IMG/VR virus record: IMGVR_UViG_3300027804_000049
Location: 50,611 to 114,610 of that record
Source of the DNA: a virus
Strand: one strand, 5' to 3'
Length of the DNA: 64,000 bases
The notes under the pieces: generated by a model
Seen by the model: the letters and a program-made list of their open reading frames with translations, nothing else
What the model was told of the DNA's origin: nothing
Database searches by the model: none
Translations under genes and position numbers: made by a program
Shown here: piece after piece, positions 27,024-34,967 of the stretch
Layout: each line of letters begins with the position of its first letter
Position numbering within the stretch: position 1 is the stretch's first letter

Positions 27024-27263
27024 TTAAGCTGAGAAAGCAAGAACGTAACCTTTATCCTGCTTTTCCCAAATTCTTTTGTTAGCGGCAAAGAGTGCTGCTT
27101 GCTCGTTTGAGAAGAGCTCAGTCTTCATTTGGCGATTGCGCTTTTCAGCCATTCCCCAAGATACAGTCATACGATTTTTAATGACTTCGATTTCATACAT
27201 CTTCTTCTTACCAATGAGTCCGCGATTTCCATCGCTCTCTTTTATTAGGCACCAGCGTTTCAT
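27024..27263 (-). CDS. WGR-domain protein
   Basis: KMYEI..VSWG..F..A..EKQDKGY pattern. Confidence 0.65.
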   Translation of the reverse strand: MKRWCLIKESDGNRGLIGKKKMYEIEVIKNRMTVSWGMAEKRNRQMKTELFSNEQAALFAANKRIWEKQDKGYVLAFSA

Positions 27264-27375
27264 TTTATGTCCTTTCGTCGTTTGCGGTGGGTGTTCCGCG
27301 TTAGTACTATTATATCAGGTTTAGAGCGAACTCGTAAACTTTTGTAAGATAAAGGCGCCTTTCGGCGCCCATATC

Positions 27376-27555
27376 TTAAGAATTGCGACTATTTACAAAG
27401 TTAGCAATAACGTCTGTTATCGCATCTTGTAGCGATTCTGTAAGCTCATCAATTTCAGTTTCATTAAGATCAACAGGATTTTCTTCCATATAATCAACCA
27501 TGTCCTGAAGCGCTTCAACTGTTATCGCGTGAACAACTATTTTGCTAGAGTCCAT
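27376..27555 (-). CDS. Acidic 59-aa protein
   Basis: MDSSKIVVHAITVEALQDMVDYMEENP..; own promoter and RBS; GGCGCC-GAAA-GGCGCC hairpin downstream. Confidence 0.65.
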   Translation of the reverse strand: MDSSKIVVHAITVEALQDMVDYMEENPVDLNETEIDELTESLQDAITDVIANFVNSRNS

Positions 27556-27612
27556 TTCCGTTCCTTTCGTCGTTGTAGTACTATTATATCATAATTCTAT
27601 TATAAAGTAAAC

Positions 27613-27660
27613 AAGAAATAAAGAAGCTGGCTACGCGGATCGGAGTACACGTAGCCAGCT
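27613..27660 (-). terminator. Intrinsic terminator
   Basis: AGCTGGCTACG..CGTAGCCAGCT followed on minus by TCTTTATTTCTT. Confidence 0.75.
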
Positions 27661-27670
27661 TTAAAATTAC

Positions 27671-27878
27671 TGGACGAGACAGTTTGCTCACAAAGGGCCT
27701 GATTCGCGCTTCACTTTTTGCGCAATACCACATGTCGATGAAGCTATGCGGTTTTAATCCTAACTTCCCTAAGTTAGTATTGCTCTGTCTTTTTCCTAGA
27801 TCCGGCTCGTCACCGTCAGCTTATCGGGAGTAGTTTCCCCATGGGATACCCTTATGCTCTAAGACCTAGTTAGTCCAT
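27671..27878 (-). ncRNA. Candidate ~210-nt multi-stem ncRNA
   Basis: Lies between a cassette promoter (27880) and a terminator; no credible ORF; at least 6 nested stems. Confidence 0.65.
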
Positions 27879-27939
27879 TGGTACTATTATATCATGCCCG
27901 TCAGGCTTTTAACATCATTTTCCTACAGGCTGGGTTAAA

Positions 27940-28137
27940 TTATTGTTTTGGAGTCTCTTCCCAGTCCGTCAGGTAGCGAGCCTCAAAGTCAGAGGCTGGC
28001 CTTTTGAGTCCAAGCTCCGCCATCTTTAGATAGCGGTCAACGTCTGCTCGCTTGCGGGCTCTGAACTTTGAGATTCTTTCGCCCGTCTTGACATCTATAA
28101 TTTCCCACACGCCTGCTGCAACATTGCGATTACGCAT
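27940..28137 (-). CDS. Hypothetical protein
   Basis: MRNRNVAAGVWEIIDVKTGE..; coupled to DUF3846 stop. Confidence 0.6.
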   Translation of the reverse strand: MRNRNVAAGVWEIIDVKTGERISKFRARKRADVDRYLKMAELGLKRPASDFEARYLTDWEETPKQ

Positions 28138-28480
28138 ACACTTGCCGTCTAACTTTTTCGGCAAACTCCTGGAGCTGCACAACCCAAGCGTGAGAAAGCT
28201 CGATGGTCTCGCCTTCTTCGTCCGTGCCGCCTGTAAATACACAATCGCCTACAATGATATCGGTTTGACCAAATGAGCGTTCCCACATGTGCGTGCTGAT
28301 GATATTCACCGGTAAGCCCATGAGCTTGCCTTCGTCATTACACCAAAGTGTAAGATCTGGCTTCAAGCTTACCGCTTGAATTAGTCCACCTACCGTGCCT
28401 GAAAGCTGATTGTACTCGTCGGTGGAAAGATCAAGTACCTCAGTTGTTAAGTCTGTATTTACCCGTAGCCCTGTTTTCAT
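28130..28480 (-). CDS. DUF3846-like protein
   Basis: VGGLIQAV..WCNDEGKLMGLPVN..IVGDCVFTG. Confidence 0.8.
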   Translation of the reverse strand: MKTGLRVNTDLTTEVLDLSTDEYNQLSGTVGGLIQAVSLKPDLTLWCNDEGKLMGLPVNIISTHMWERSFGQTDIIVGDCVFTGGTDEEGETIELSHAWVVQLQEFAEKVRRQVYA

Positions 28481-28659
28481 TTAGCTAACTCCACTTCTGG
28501 AAACCACTTCAATAAAGTTTGAAGTAGGTGGTCGTAGTCGCCTGCAGTCATTTCCGCAGTGAACGCGGAAACCTCGTCGCGTCGTCCTTGCTTTTCTAGT
28601 TCACGGCGTCCTGCGCCAATTATAGCGAAGGCGTTGCCATCTGTAATGCTAATTGCCAT
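28477..28659 (-). CDS. Phage hypothetical protein
   Basis: DGNAFAIIG..EMTAGDYDHLLQT; ACGAAAGGA RBS. Confidence 0.7.
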   Translation of the reverse strand: MAISITDGNAFAIIGAGRRELEKQGRRDEVSAFTAEMTAGDYDHLLQTLLKWFPEVELAK

Positions 28660-28679
28660 TGGGTGTCCTTTCGTAGATT

Positions 28680-28817
28680 CTAACCCTTGTGCCAACAGGT
28701 GCAGCCGCAAGGAAAAGAGGAGCCATTATTTCTTGGGCAGTAGTCGTGTTCGTCCTCTGTGCAAGAACCGCACTTAGGATGCACTACTGTCTTGCCTTCA
28801 AGTTTAGTTATTTTCAT
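28680..28817 (-). CDS. Leaderless Cys/His-rich microprotein
   Basis: ATG 7 nt after TATAAT; CGSC..H..C..CGCTCWH. Confidence 0.6.
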   Translation of the reverse strand: MKITKLEGKTVVHPKCGSCTEDEHDYCPRNNGSSFPCGCTCWHKG

Positions 28818-28830
28818 AGGTACTATTATA

Positions 28831-29082
28831 TCAGGAAGAGCTTGGATATTGCAGACCTCGTGAAGCAAGTCTTTCGCCAGCTTCGTTTAGTGACGTGATA
28901 ATTTCAAACACGTCCATTCCGGTGTCCCAACTATCAAACATAGAGACTGCTACGTCCCAGTGTTCGTTTGTGTATTCCTCGCCGGTGTTGCTTTCAACGT
29001 CTTCTTTTGTGAACCATTGAATCATAATCTCTGAGTTTGGGTCCTCCTGTTGGAGAGCCGCAAGTACTGTTGATACTTTCAT
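28831..29082 (-). CDS. Hypothetical protein
   Basis: 83 aa; cassette promoter and RBS; stop in next motif. Confidence 0.7.
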   Translation of the reverse strand: MKVSTVLAALQQEDPNSEIMIQWFTKEDVESNTGEEYTNEHWDVAVSMFDSWDTGMDVFEIITSLNEAGERLASRGLQYPSSS

Positions 29083-29132
29083 TGGGTGTCCTTTCGTTGT
29101 CGTTAATAGTCGTTAATACTATTATATCAGGA

Positions 29133-29315
29133 TTATCCTACTTGGAGTAGCTCATTGCACAATCCGCACCAATACGAGTCTCCGAGTGTGCTTGACTCGT
29201 CATACTCATGAAGTATTTCTTCAGTAGGGTGTTTGCAATTTTCAGTAGAGATATGAAGGCAGATACGCTCGCCTCTTATGGCGCATGTCGAACAGACTAT
29301 AAGCATAGTTTCCAC
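29133..29315 (-). CDS. Small Cys-rich protein
   Basis: CSTC..C.H..CKH..CGLC. Confidence 0.55.
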   Translation of the reverse strand: METMLIVCSTCAIRGERICLHISTENCKHPTEEILHEYDESSTLGDSYWCGLCNELLQVG

Positions 29316-29339
29316 CCTTCCGTCGTTGGTACTATTATA

Positions 29340-29540
29340 TCAGGAATCGAGTACACTCGCAAGATCTTCGTAAAGATCTTCAATGACAGTTCCATGCTCC
29401 ATGATGACCTTTTCAAACTTGTCATCCATATCGGAAACCTCATCAGGGAGAATCTTGTTTGATGGCATCACATAGATGACATCTCCTGGAGAAAGAATCC
29501 ACCAGTCACCGTTCTCGTTGGCTACATATAAACTATTCAT
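29340..29540 (-). CDS. Hypothetical acidic protein
   Basis: 66 aa; AGGAG RBS; stop in motif. Confidence 0.65.
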   Translation of the reverse strand: MNSLYVANENGDWWILSPGDVIYVMPSNKILPDEVSDMDDKFEKVIMEHGTVIEDLYEDLASVLDS

Positions 29541-29706
29541 TGTCGTCTCCTAGTGGATACAGATAGTTGCCAAGGTCAATACCGCAACCAGTTTTGATGA
29601 TAATCTCACCGGAGTCGTCTATGACTACAGTCGAGCCGTTGAGTCTTTCATCGACCCATTTCTTGAGATGCTCTAGGGTTTGGATGTCTTCTACCTTGAG
29701 TTCCAT
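29533..29706 (-). CDS. Hypothetical 57-aa protein
   Basis: MELKVEDIQTLEHLKKWVDERLNG..; cassette promoter and RBS. Confidence 0.65.
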   Translation of the reverse strand: MELKVEDIQTLEHLKKWVDERLNGSTVVIDDSGEIIIKTGCGIDLGNYLYPLGDDNE

Positions 29707-29736
29707 GTTTGTCCTTTCGTCGTTGGTACTATTATA

Positions 29737-30642
29737 TCAGGAATTGGAGACTAGATACAGCTTGTCCACGACCTCTTTGAGCGAGATATACGCCTTCCCA
29801 AGGGTTTGGGTCAGGCTGGACACGGTCCCGCCTTGTGAGAGGGACTGAGTGGCCTTCGTTGCCACCGCCACAGCTGAGTTGCTGGTGCCAAGTGTTATGA
29901 GCTTGCGCCCCGTCAAATCCTGGGTCGTCCAGCGCCCGTGAGCATACAGGTCAAGGTCTTGCCCGCCGTTGCTTGATGGCATCACCGGAGTGACCCAACC
30001 GGCCACGCCGCGCATGCTATAACGAACGTCCGTCGCACCTACTGATATAACCTCAGGGGTACAGGCTGGGTAATCGACCTTTACCTTGTTCCCGCCGTTG
30101 CCTGCGGAGGCAACTACCGCGACGCCTGTGCCCGTCAACTTCTTAACTGTTGCCTGGAAGCTAGCCTCGATGGGGCATCCCACATCTGAGTAAGACCGTC
30201 CAACGGAAAGTGATACCGCACCGACGTTGAGTCGGGCCGCATTCGCATCTACCCAGTCCATTGCCTGTTGAACTGATCTCATCGTGTAGCTATTGGCAAA
30301 GCCTTTGGCGGACATGCCGACGATACGTATGAACACAATGCGAACCGTAGGATCAACCTGAACGGCAACCGAATACATCTGAGAACCGTGATGCATAGCT
30401 CTATCCTTCACGTCCTGGTATCTAACGTGAGCTGCACCTGGCCCGTTCATAAACTTTTGTCCATTAGGGCATGTGCCATACTCGATGATACACACTTCCT
30501 CAACGAGAGTTGACTTGACCCAGTCAAGCTCGGTGTTAATTCCAGAGTCGATAATCACCAACGTCTTTTGTGCGTTGGCGCTCGCTGGTGAAATTACAAG
30601 TGCGGCAAGCGATACTACAAGTAGTGCTACTATCTTTTTCAT
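29737..30642 (-). CDS. Secreted subtilisin-like S8 serine protease
   Basis: Signal peptide; IIDSG (Asp), HGSQM (His), SAGN oxyanion, GTSNS (Ser). Confidence 0.85.
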   Translation of the reverse strand: MKKIVALLVVSLAALVISPASANAQKTLVIIDSGINTELDWVKSTLVEEVCIIEYGTCPNGQKFMNGPGAAHVRYQDVKDRAMHHGSQMYSVAVQVDPTVRIVFIRIVGMSAKGFANSYTMRSVQQAMDWVDANAARLNVGAVSLSVGRSYSDVGCPIEASFQATVKKLTGTGVAVVASAGNGGNKVKVDYPACTPEVISVGATDVRYSMRGVAGWVTPVMPSSNGGQDLDLYAHGRWTTQDLTGRKLITLGTSNSAVAVATKATQSLSQGGTVSSLTQTLGKAYISLKEVVDKLYLVSNS

Positions 30643-30715
30643 GATGTCCTTTCGTAGTTAGGTTTAGCTCCGGAGTAGACGCCTTTGACGGAAGGACTGT
30701 CTACTCCGGAAGTTG

Positions 30716-32518
30716 TTAGGCAGCGTTCTTGCTGCCAATCTTTGTAAGTGCGTTTGCCGCAGCAGTACCAATTCTGATTGCCGCGTCTGCAGGATCCATA
30801 ACGTCGGAAAGTAGAACTGCGTTTGTGCCTCGTGTAAGGTCCATTGCGTCATGCAGATATGGACTCTTACAAAATGGTAACCACAGAACTGCAACACCTT
30901 TGTCATCGCATTCCTTAAGCCAATGCTTAGCGTGTTCAGTCTCAACGGAAGTGTAGCGCGCGTCACTTACTACTACGAGCAAGCGTGCACCATTTCCATA
31001 GAGTAAGTTTAAAGAACCATCAAGTGCCTTAAACGCCTTATCGAACTTCTCAGTTGAATCAGGCGCAGTGTACACATTGATTTGATCAAGATGTTGTCCT
31101 GGCTTTAGAGTAGGAAATACATCCTGCCCAAAGTAAACCATTGCCGCACGAGCTTGAACTCGACGTGCTGCCTCTGACATTGCCCAGGCAGTGACTGCCA
31201 TAGGGTTCATAGCACTGCCCATTGAACCTGAGATATCAACCATGACGCCAACAGTAAGTGTTGGGTCATCAGTGTGCTTGCGCACAGTGCGACGCCATGG
31301 ATTGGCTGCCTGCATTGAACCTTGAGCTTTATACGCAGCATTTTGTACAATGGCACGAGTGCGTAAACGTCCAGGTGGAAGTATGGACTGAATCTCGTGT
31401 TCATCACGCTCACGATACTTTGCCTTCTCAAGCATCTGTGCAATCTTGACTGCGGCAGCTCTTTCCTTTGCCTCAGGTTTACGAATCTTCTCAAGACGAG
31501 AGTTGCTGCCATTAGTGTTGCCTGCCTCAGAAGTATCCTTGAATATCTCATCTGCGACCTTCTTGTGCTCACGATCTTGGCGGGCAGCCTTTGTGCGAAC
31601 TTCAACTTCTTCTTTCCACTCTTCAGACTGCTGTTGATCCTGAGCGTCATCTGCTACAGCAATGGCAATCGTGTCAATTGCATCTTCGATTTCCTTGATG
31701 ATCTCTGAAAGTACTGCGATAATCATTTTTACATCTGCTTTTGAAGGAGCGTCAAGTTCCTCGCCGCGTTCCTTTGCAAGGTCACGTAGAATCTGATCCC
31801 ACTCACGAGCAAGATCATATAAAGGTAGAGGGTTAAGCGCATTTTCAATACCTTGAAAGCGACGCCATACACTTTGCAACTTTTCAAATGTATCCGCACC
31901 TAGAAAGTCAATGACAACTGTGTTGATGCCAACGACATCATCTGCGTCAAGTGAACCTGCGTCAACGCGGGCGCTGATAAGAGCAGAGATAAGGGCAATA
32001 GATCTAATAGTGTCTGCCTTCTCGATATTTTCACTTATGTCGTGAAGTACAAGATCAAGCACCATAGAGCGAATGAAAATTCTATTCATTGGAAAGTTAG
32101 TGACGCCAAGGCGCTCAATGCGAGATTCCTCGAGAGACATGAAGGCATTAAACTCATGAGGAGTTAATTCCTTACTCGCCATTGACAAGTCCATCTTTGA
32201 GTAGCGAGCGTGCAGTGCCTCATGAAAGATAGCACCTGCTGCCTTTGGCCAATCAAAGAGTGAATCGCGATCTGAAAGATCACCTATCATTGAAGGGATA
32301 ACACCCTTACCAAATGCTAAGTCAACATTAACCTCGACTTCAGCTAAAGCTGGATTGTAGCATGCAGGGGCTGGACCTCCAGCGCCTGGGCCTACGTATG
32401 CCACAACGTCAGAGCGTCCTGCCCATGTGTTTACCAAGGAGCCAATCTGAGCTCCAAGGGGTAGCCACTCTGGTGGCGTTTGTTTCGCGCGGGTCGCGGA
32501 TACCTTTATGTGTCCCAT
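30716..32518 (-). CDS. vWA domain protein with N-terminal HExxH (CobT/CbbO-like)
   Basis: HEALH..LEESRIE; MIDAS VDISGSM, T, VVSD. Confidence 0.85.
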   Translation of the reverse strand: MGHIKVSATRAKQTPPEWLPLGAQIGSLVNTWAGRSDVVAYVGPGAGGPAPACYNPALAEVEVNVDLAFGKGVIPSMIGDLSDRDSLFDWPKAAGAIFHEALHARYSKMDLSMASKELTPHEFNAFMSLEESRIERLGVTNFPMNRIFIRSMVLDLVLHDISENIEKADTIRSIALISALISARVDAGSLDADDVVGINTVVIDFLGADTFEKLQSVWRRFQGIENALNPLPLYDLAREWDQILRDLAKERGEELDAPSKADVKMIIAVLSEIIKEIEDAIDTIAIAVADDAQDQQQSEEWKEEVEVRTKAARQDREHKKVADEIFKDTSEAGNTNGSNSRLEKIRKPEAKERAAAVKIAQMLEKAKYRERDEHEIQSILPPGRLRTRAIVQNAAYKAQGSMQAANPWRRTVRKHTDDPTLTVGVMVDISGSMGSAMNPMAVTAWAMSEAARRVQARAAMVYFGQDVFPTLKPGQHLDQINVYTAPDSTEKFDKAFKALDGSLNLLYGNGARLLVVVSDARYTSVETEHAKHWLKECDDKGVAVLWLPFCKSPYLHDAMDLTRGTNAVLLSDVMDPADAAIRIGTAAANALTKIGSKNAA

Positions 32519-32612
32519 AGTTTGTCCTTCCGTCAGTAGGTACTATTATATCAGGAAATGGAGGAGGTCCCTGACACCCATGACAGGGACCTCACTCTTC
32601 ACGCCAAGGGGA

Positions 32613-33608
32613 TTAGATCTTGGCTGGTCGGCACTCTTCACCGAACACCCTGGTGAACACATCCGCAACGACGGGGCGGTCGAGTTCAGGTGCTGCAGCG
32701 ATGATGTTCGCAATAGCGAACTTAGTGCCGAAGGTTTTTGAGATATCGCGGAACGCGAGTAGCTCACGCATTTGTGGTGCCCAACCACATTCACCAGATT
32801 GTTGGCGACGTGATAGGTTTTGAGCAACTACAACTATCTGTTGTGGCGCTCCAAGCTTTTTAGCAAGCATGAAGTCAGTTGACATCTCAACTTGAAGTAC
32901 GAAGCGAGATAGTAAAGCTTCTGAAAGTCTTACTCCAGGAGCATTTGGATTTGTAGCAGCGATGACATAGAAGCCTTCCTTGGCTTTGATGGTACCGCGC
33001 TCTGGATTGGCAGTGATAGTTAACTCATTAGTTCCATCCATAAGTGAATAGACACCGGAGAGAACCTTTGGATCAATGAGACCAATCTCATCAATGAACA
33101 GTGGGCGACCTTCCTCGGCAGCTTTGACAAGTGGACCATCGACCCACTCGAATCCACCTGAAGGAGTTTGGACGTATCCACCAATGAAGTCTGCAAGTTC
33201 AGCATCACCTGTACCAAGTACAGAGATTACATTTGAAAACGCTGCTTGCACAAGTGCAGTCTTACCACAACCTGGAGCACCATAAAGCAAGACGAATTGC
33301 ATCTCTTGATGCGCCTTACGTAGAACTTGCACGTCATCGTGCTCACCCCACTTGCGGGCATGATACTTCTCGCCATTAGGGCGAATGTATGTCTCGTCAC
33401 CGACGAGTGCATCTGCTGACACTACAGGGACCACTTTCTTGGCTGCCGCACGAACGATAACCTTACCCTGAGGTGCAACCATTGATTTAAGTTCAGAGGA
33501 CAGATCCTCATGGAGATTCTGACCTGCTGCCTTTAAGAATAAATCGCTAAGTTTAGGTGACGCGCCTGGCGCCATCGAATCTAGCTTATCTAATACTATT
33601 GTTGACAT
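32613..33608 (-). CDS. MoxR-family AAA+ ATPase (CbbQ/NorQ/CobS-like)
   Basis: GAPGCGKT, WVDGPL, FIDE, AATNP, LSEALLSRF. Confidence 0.9.
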   Translation of the reverse strand: MSTIVLDKLDSMAPGASPKLSDLFLKAAGQNLHEDLSSELKSMVAPQGKVIVRAAAKKVVPVVSADALVGDETYIRPNGEKYHARKWGEHDDVQVLRKAHQEMQFVLLYGAPGCGKTALVQAAFSNVISVLGTGDAELADFIGGYVQTPSGGFEWVDGPLVKAAEEGRPLFIDEIGLIDPKVLSGVYSLMDGTNELTITANPERGTIKAKEGFYVIAATNPNAPGVRLSEALLSRFVLQVEMSTDFMLAKKLGAPQQIVVVAQNLSRRQQSGECGWAPQMRELLAFRDISKTFGTKFAIANIIAAAPELDRPVVADVFTRVFGEECRPAKI

Positions 33609-33635
33609 GTGGGTGTTTTCCTTTCGTCGTTGTTG

Positions 33636-34091
33636 TTAAGCGAATAACTTATCGCCGAAGCCTAAGGCTTTGCGAACACGGGTGATGCGACCTAGAACCT
33701 TGTAAGGGGTTCTTGAGTTGCGGATGTCTTCAAGATCTGCCAGTGATACCTCAACCACAAGTGGCTGCTTGAACAGCTTATAACTGTGACTATCAAGACG
33801 TGAGACTATAGTCTCAAGAAATGCTAGGCGAGATTCTGTAACTGATTTAGTATCCTCAAGAGAATACTTTTTGAAGTTTCCAAATTCATCCTTTGCAAGA
33901 ACTGGAAGCGCATATGTCTTCCACCCCCTACGCGGGTGAAGGCTGGAAATTTGGCGGCGATACATCGTAGCGGGTACGTTGCGACCATCGCTGGTAAGCC
34001 CATCTGGAGTTAGAAGCATTTGGTACGTTTGAACACCAAGGCGAAACTCCATGTATAAGGCACTACCTATAACCTTGTCTTTATCCAACAT
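33636..34091 (-). CDS. Hypothetical protein
   Basis: 151 aa; cassette promoter and RBS. Confidence 0.7.
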   Translation of the reverse strand: MLDKDKVIGSALYMEFRLGVQTYQMLLTPDGLTSDGRNVPATMYRRQISSLHPRRGWKTYALPVLAKDEFGNFKKYSLEDTKSVTESRLAFLETIVSRLDSHSYKLFKQPLVVEVSLADLEDIRNSRTPYKVLGRITRVRKALGFGDKLFA

Positions 34092-34144
34092 GGGTGTATC
34101 CTTTCGTCGTTTGAAGTACTATTATATCAGGTAAATCTTTAGAG

Positions 34145-34223
34145 ATACGCAGGGGACCGGAATTGTTTCCGACCCTCTAGAGTCTTAAGTCGTTCAGGTG
34201 ACCACCGGGTCGACCCTGCGTAT
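34145..34223 (-). ncRNA. Candidate ~80-nt multi-hairpin RNA
   Basis: Starts right after the 34224 promoter; 10-bp closing stem ATACGCAGGG/CCCTGCGTAT enclosing three hairpins. Confidence 0.55.
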
Positions 34224-34281
34224 AGTACTATTATATCAGGCTAGAGTGCGCTCGTTTACCATACTACCTGATATAATAGTA
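34224..34281. promoter_or_regulatory. Back-to-back divergent cassette promoters
   Basis: AGTACTATTATATCAGG (leftward) and CCTGATATAATAGTA (rightward) 26 nt apart. Confidence 0.8.
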
Positions 34282-34335
34282 TTACGGGAAACCAACCGGC
34301 CAACCGAAGACACAGAGACGAAGGGTAGGGACCAA

Positions 34336-34668
34336 ATGTCCAGCACCGCAATTCGTACCACAGTGACCGAGGTCACTGTTACAAAGACAGTGCGCCACCT
34401 TAATAAGAGCGTGGATGCAACTGTCAAGGCGTTTGCCAAAACCAAAGAGGACTTGAAAGTTCTCGAGGCACAGAAGAAAGCTCTTGAAGAGCAGATTCGC
34501 AATTTGATGGACGGCGCTTCAGTCGGATACATTGATGGAGTAAAGCGTGTTGAGATTCTTGACCGCAAGCTCACCAAGGTCGACCGCAAGAAGCTTCAGG
34601 AAGCTTATCCAGAAGCATACGAGGCGACTCTTAAAACAACTGAATATACAATTGTTGACGCTGAATAA
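34336..34668 (+). CDS. Coiled-coil phage protein (resembles YqaJ C-terminal-like region)
   Basis: Start after the inverted promoter; VDRKKLQEAYPEAY. Confidence 0.65.
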   Translation: MSSTAIRTTVTEVTVTKTVRHLNKSVDATVKAFAKTKEDLKVLEAQKKALEEQIRNLMDGASVGYIDGVKRVEILDRKLTKVDRKKLQEAYPEAYEATLKTTEYTIVDAE

Positions 34669-34682
34669 TCTCAGCTAAAACT

Positions 34683-34718
34683 AAGAGACCCCTGGCGAAA
34701 GCCAGGGGTTTTCTTTTT
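34683..34718 (+). terminator. Intrinsic terminator
   Basis: ACCCCTGGC-GAAA-GCCAGGGGT followed by TTTCTTTTT. Confidence 0.85.
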
Positions 34719-34723
34719 ACTTC

Positions 34724-34948
34724 TTACTCTCCGGGGTTTATAACACCTGACGCGCAATCAAGACAGACAAGCCAAACGTCTTCTTCGTCTTCAATGCAGA
34801 TAACGCAGGGAAAGAACTTTCGCATTTCAAACCCAACCGCAACATCACAATTAGCGCACTGCGCATCAATTAGAAACTCTGACAATCCTTCAGAGCCAGT
34901 TGCACGCACTGCATCTGGAGTCTCCGCTACGTATAGCTCAATTGCCAT
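34724..34948 (-). CDS. Small zinc-binding protein
   Basis: CANC..CLDC. Confidence 0.6.
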   Translation of the reverse strand: MAIELYVAETPDAVRATGSEGLSEFLIDAQCANCDVAVGFEMRKFFPCVICIEDEEDVWLVCLDCASGVINPGE

Positions 34949-34967
34949 ACGTCAAACCGTAATTGGT

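Larger units (their letters stand above)
20949..34281. repeat. Dispersed promoter cassette CCTGATATAATAGTAC (about 18-20 copies)
   Basis: Seen on + as (G/A)GTACTATTATATCA(GG/T) at about 20949, 21091, 22735, 23838, 24311, 25451, 26456, 27303, 27577, 27880, 28819, 29116, 29328, 29725, 32539, 34115, 34224. One inverted copy at 34267; variants at 21245 and 25845. Confidence 0.95.

Noticed and set aside
27805-27835. CCGTCAGCT on + resembling the c-di-AMP (ydaO) riboswitch 3' motif
   Set aside because: Other ydaO elements are missing; promoter, terminator and G-U pairs all indicate the minus strand.
21178-34197. 7-nt complementarity (UCGUUCA/UGAACGA) between two candidate sRNAs
   Set aside because: Expected by chance for two ~100-nt RNAs.
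34145-34223. Canonical hammerhead ribozyme or true tRNA
   Set aside because: CUGAACGA has an extra base, stems I and II do not abut the core, and there is no TpsiC/D loop or CCA. Kept only as an unknown RNA.
20949-34281. Repeated motif as a CRISPR array
   Set aside because: The repeat is only ~16 nt, spacing is irregular (0.1-2.8 kb), the spacers are genes and no cas genes are present.
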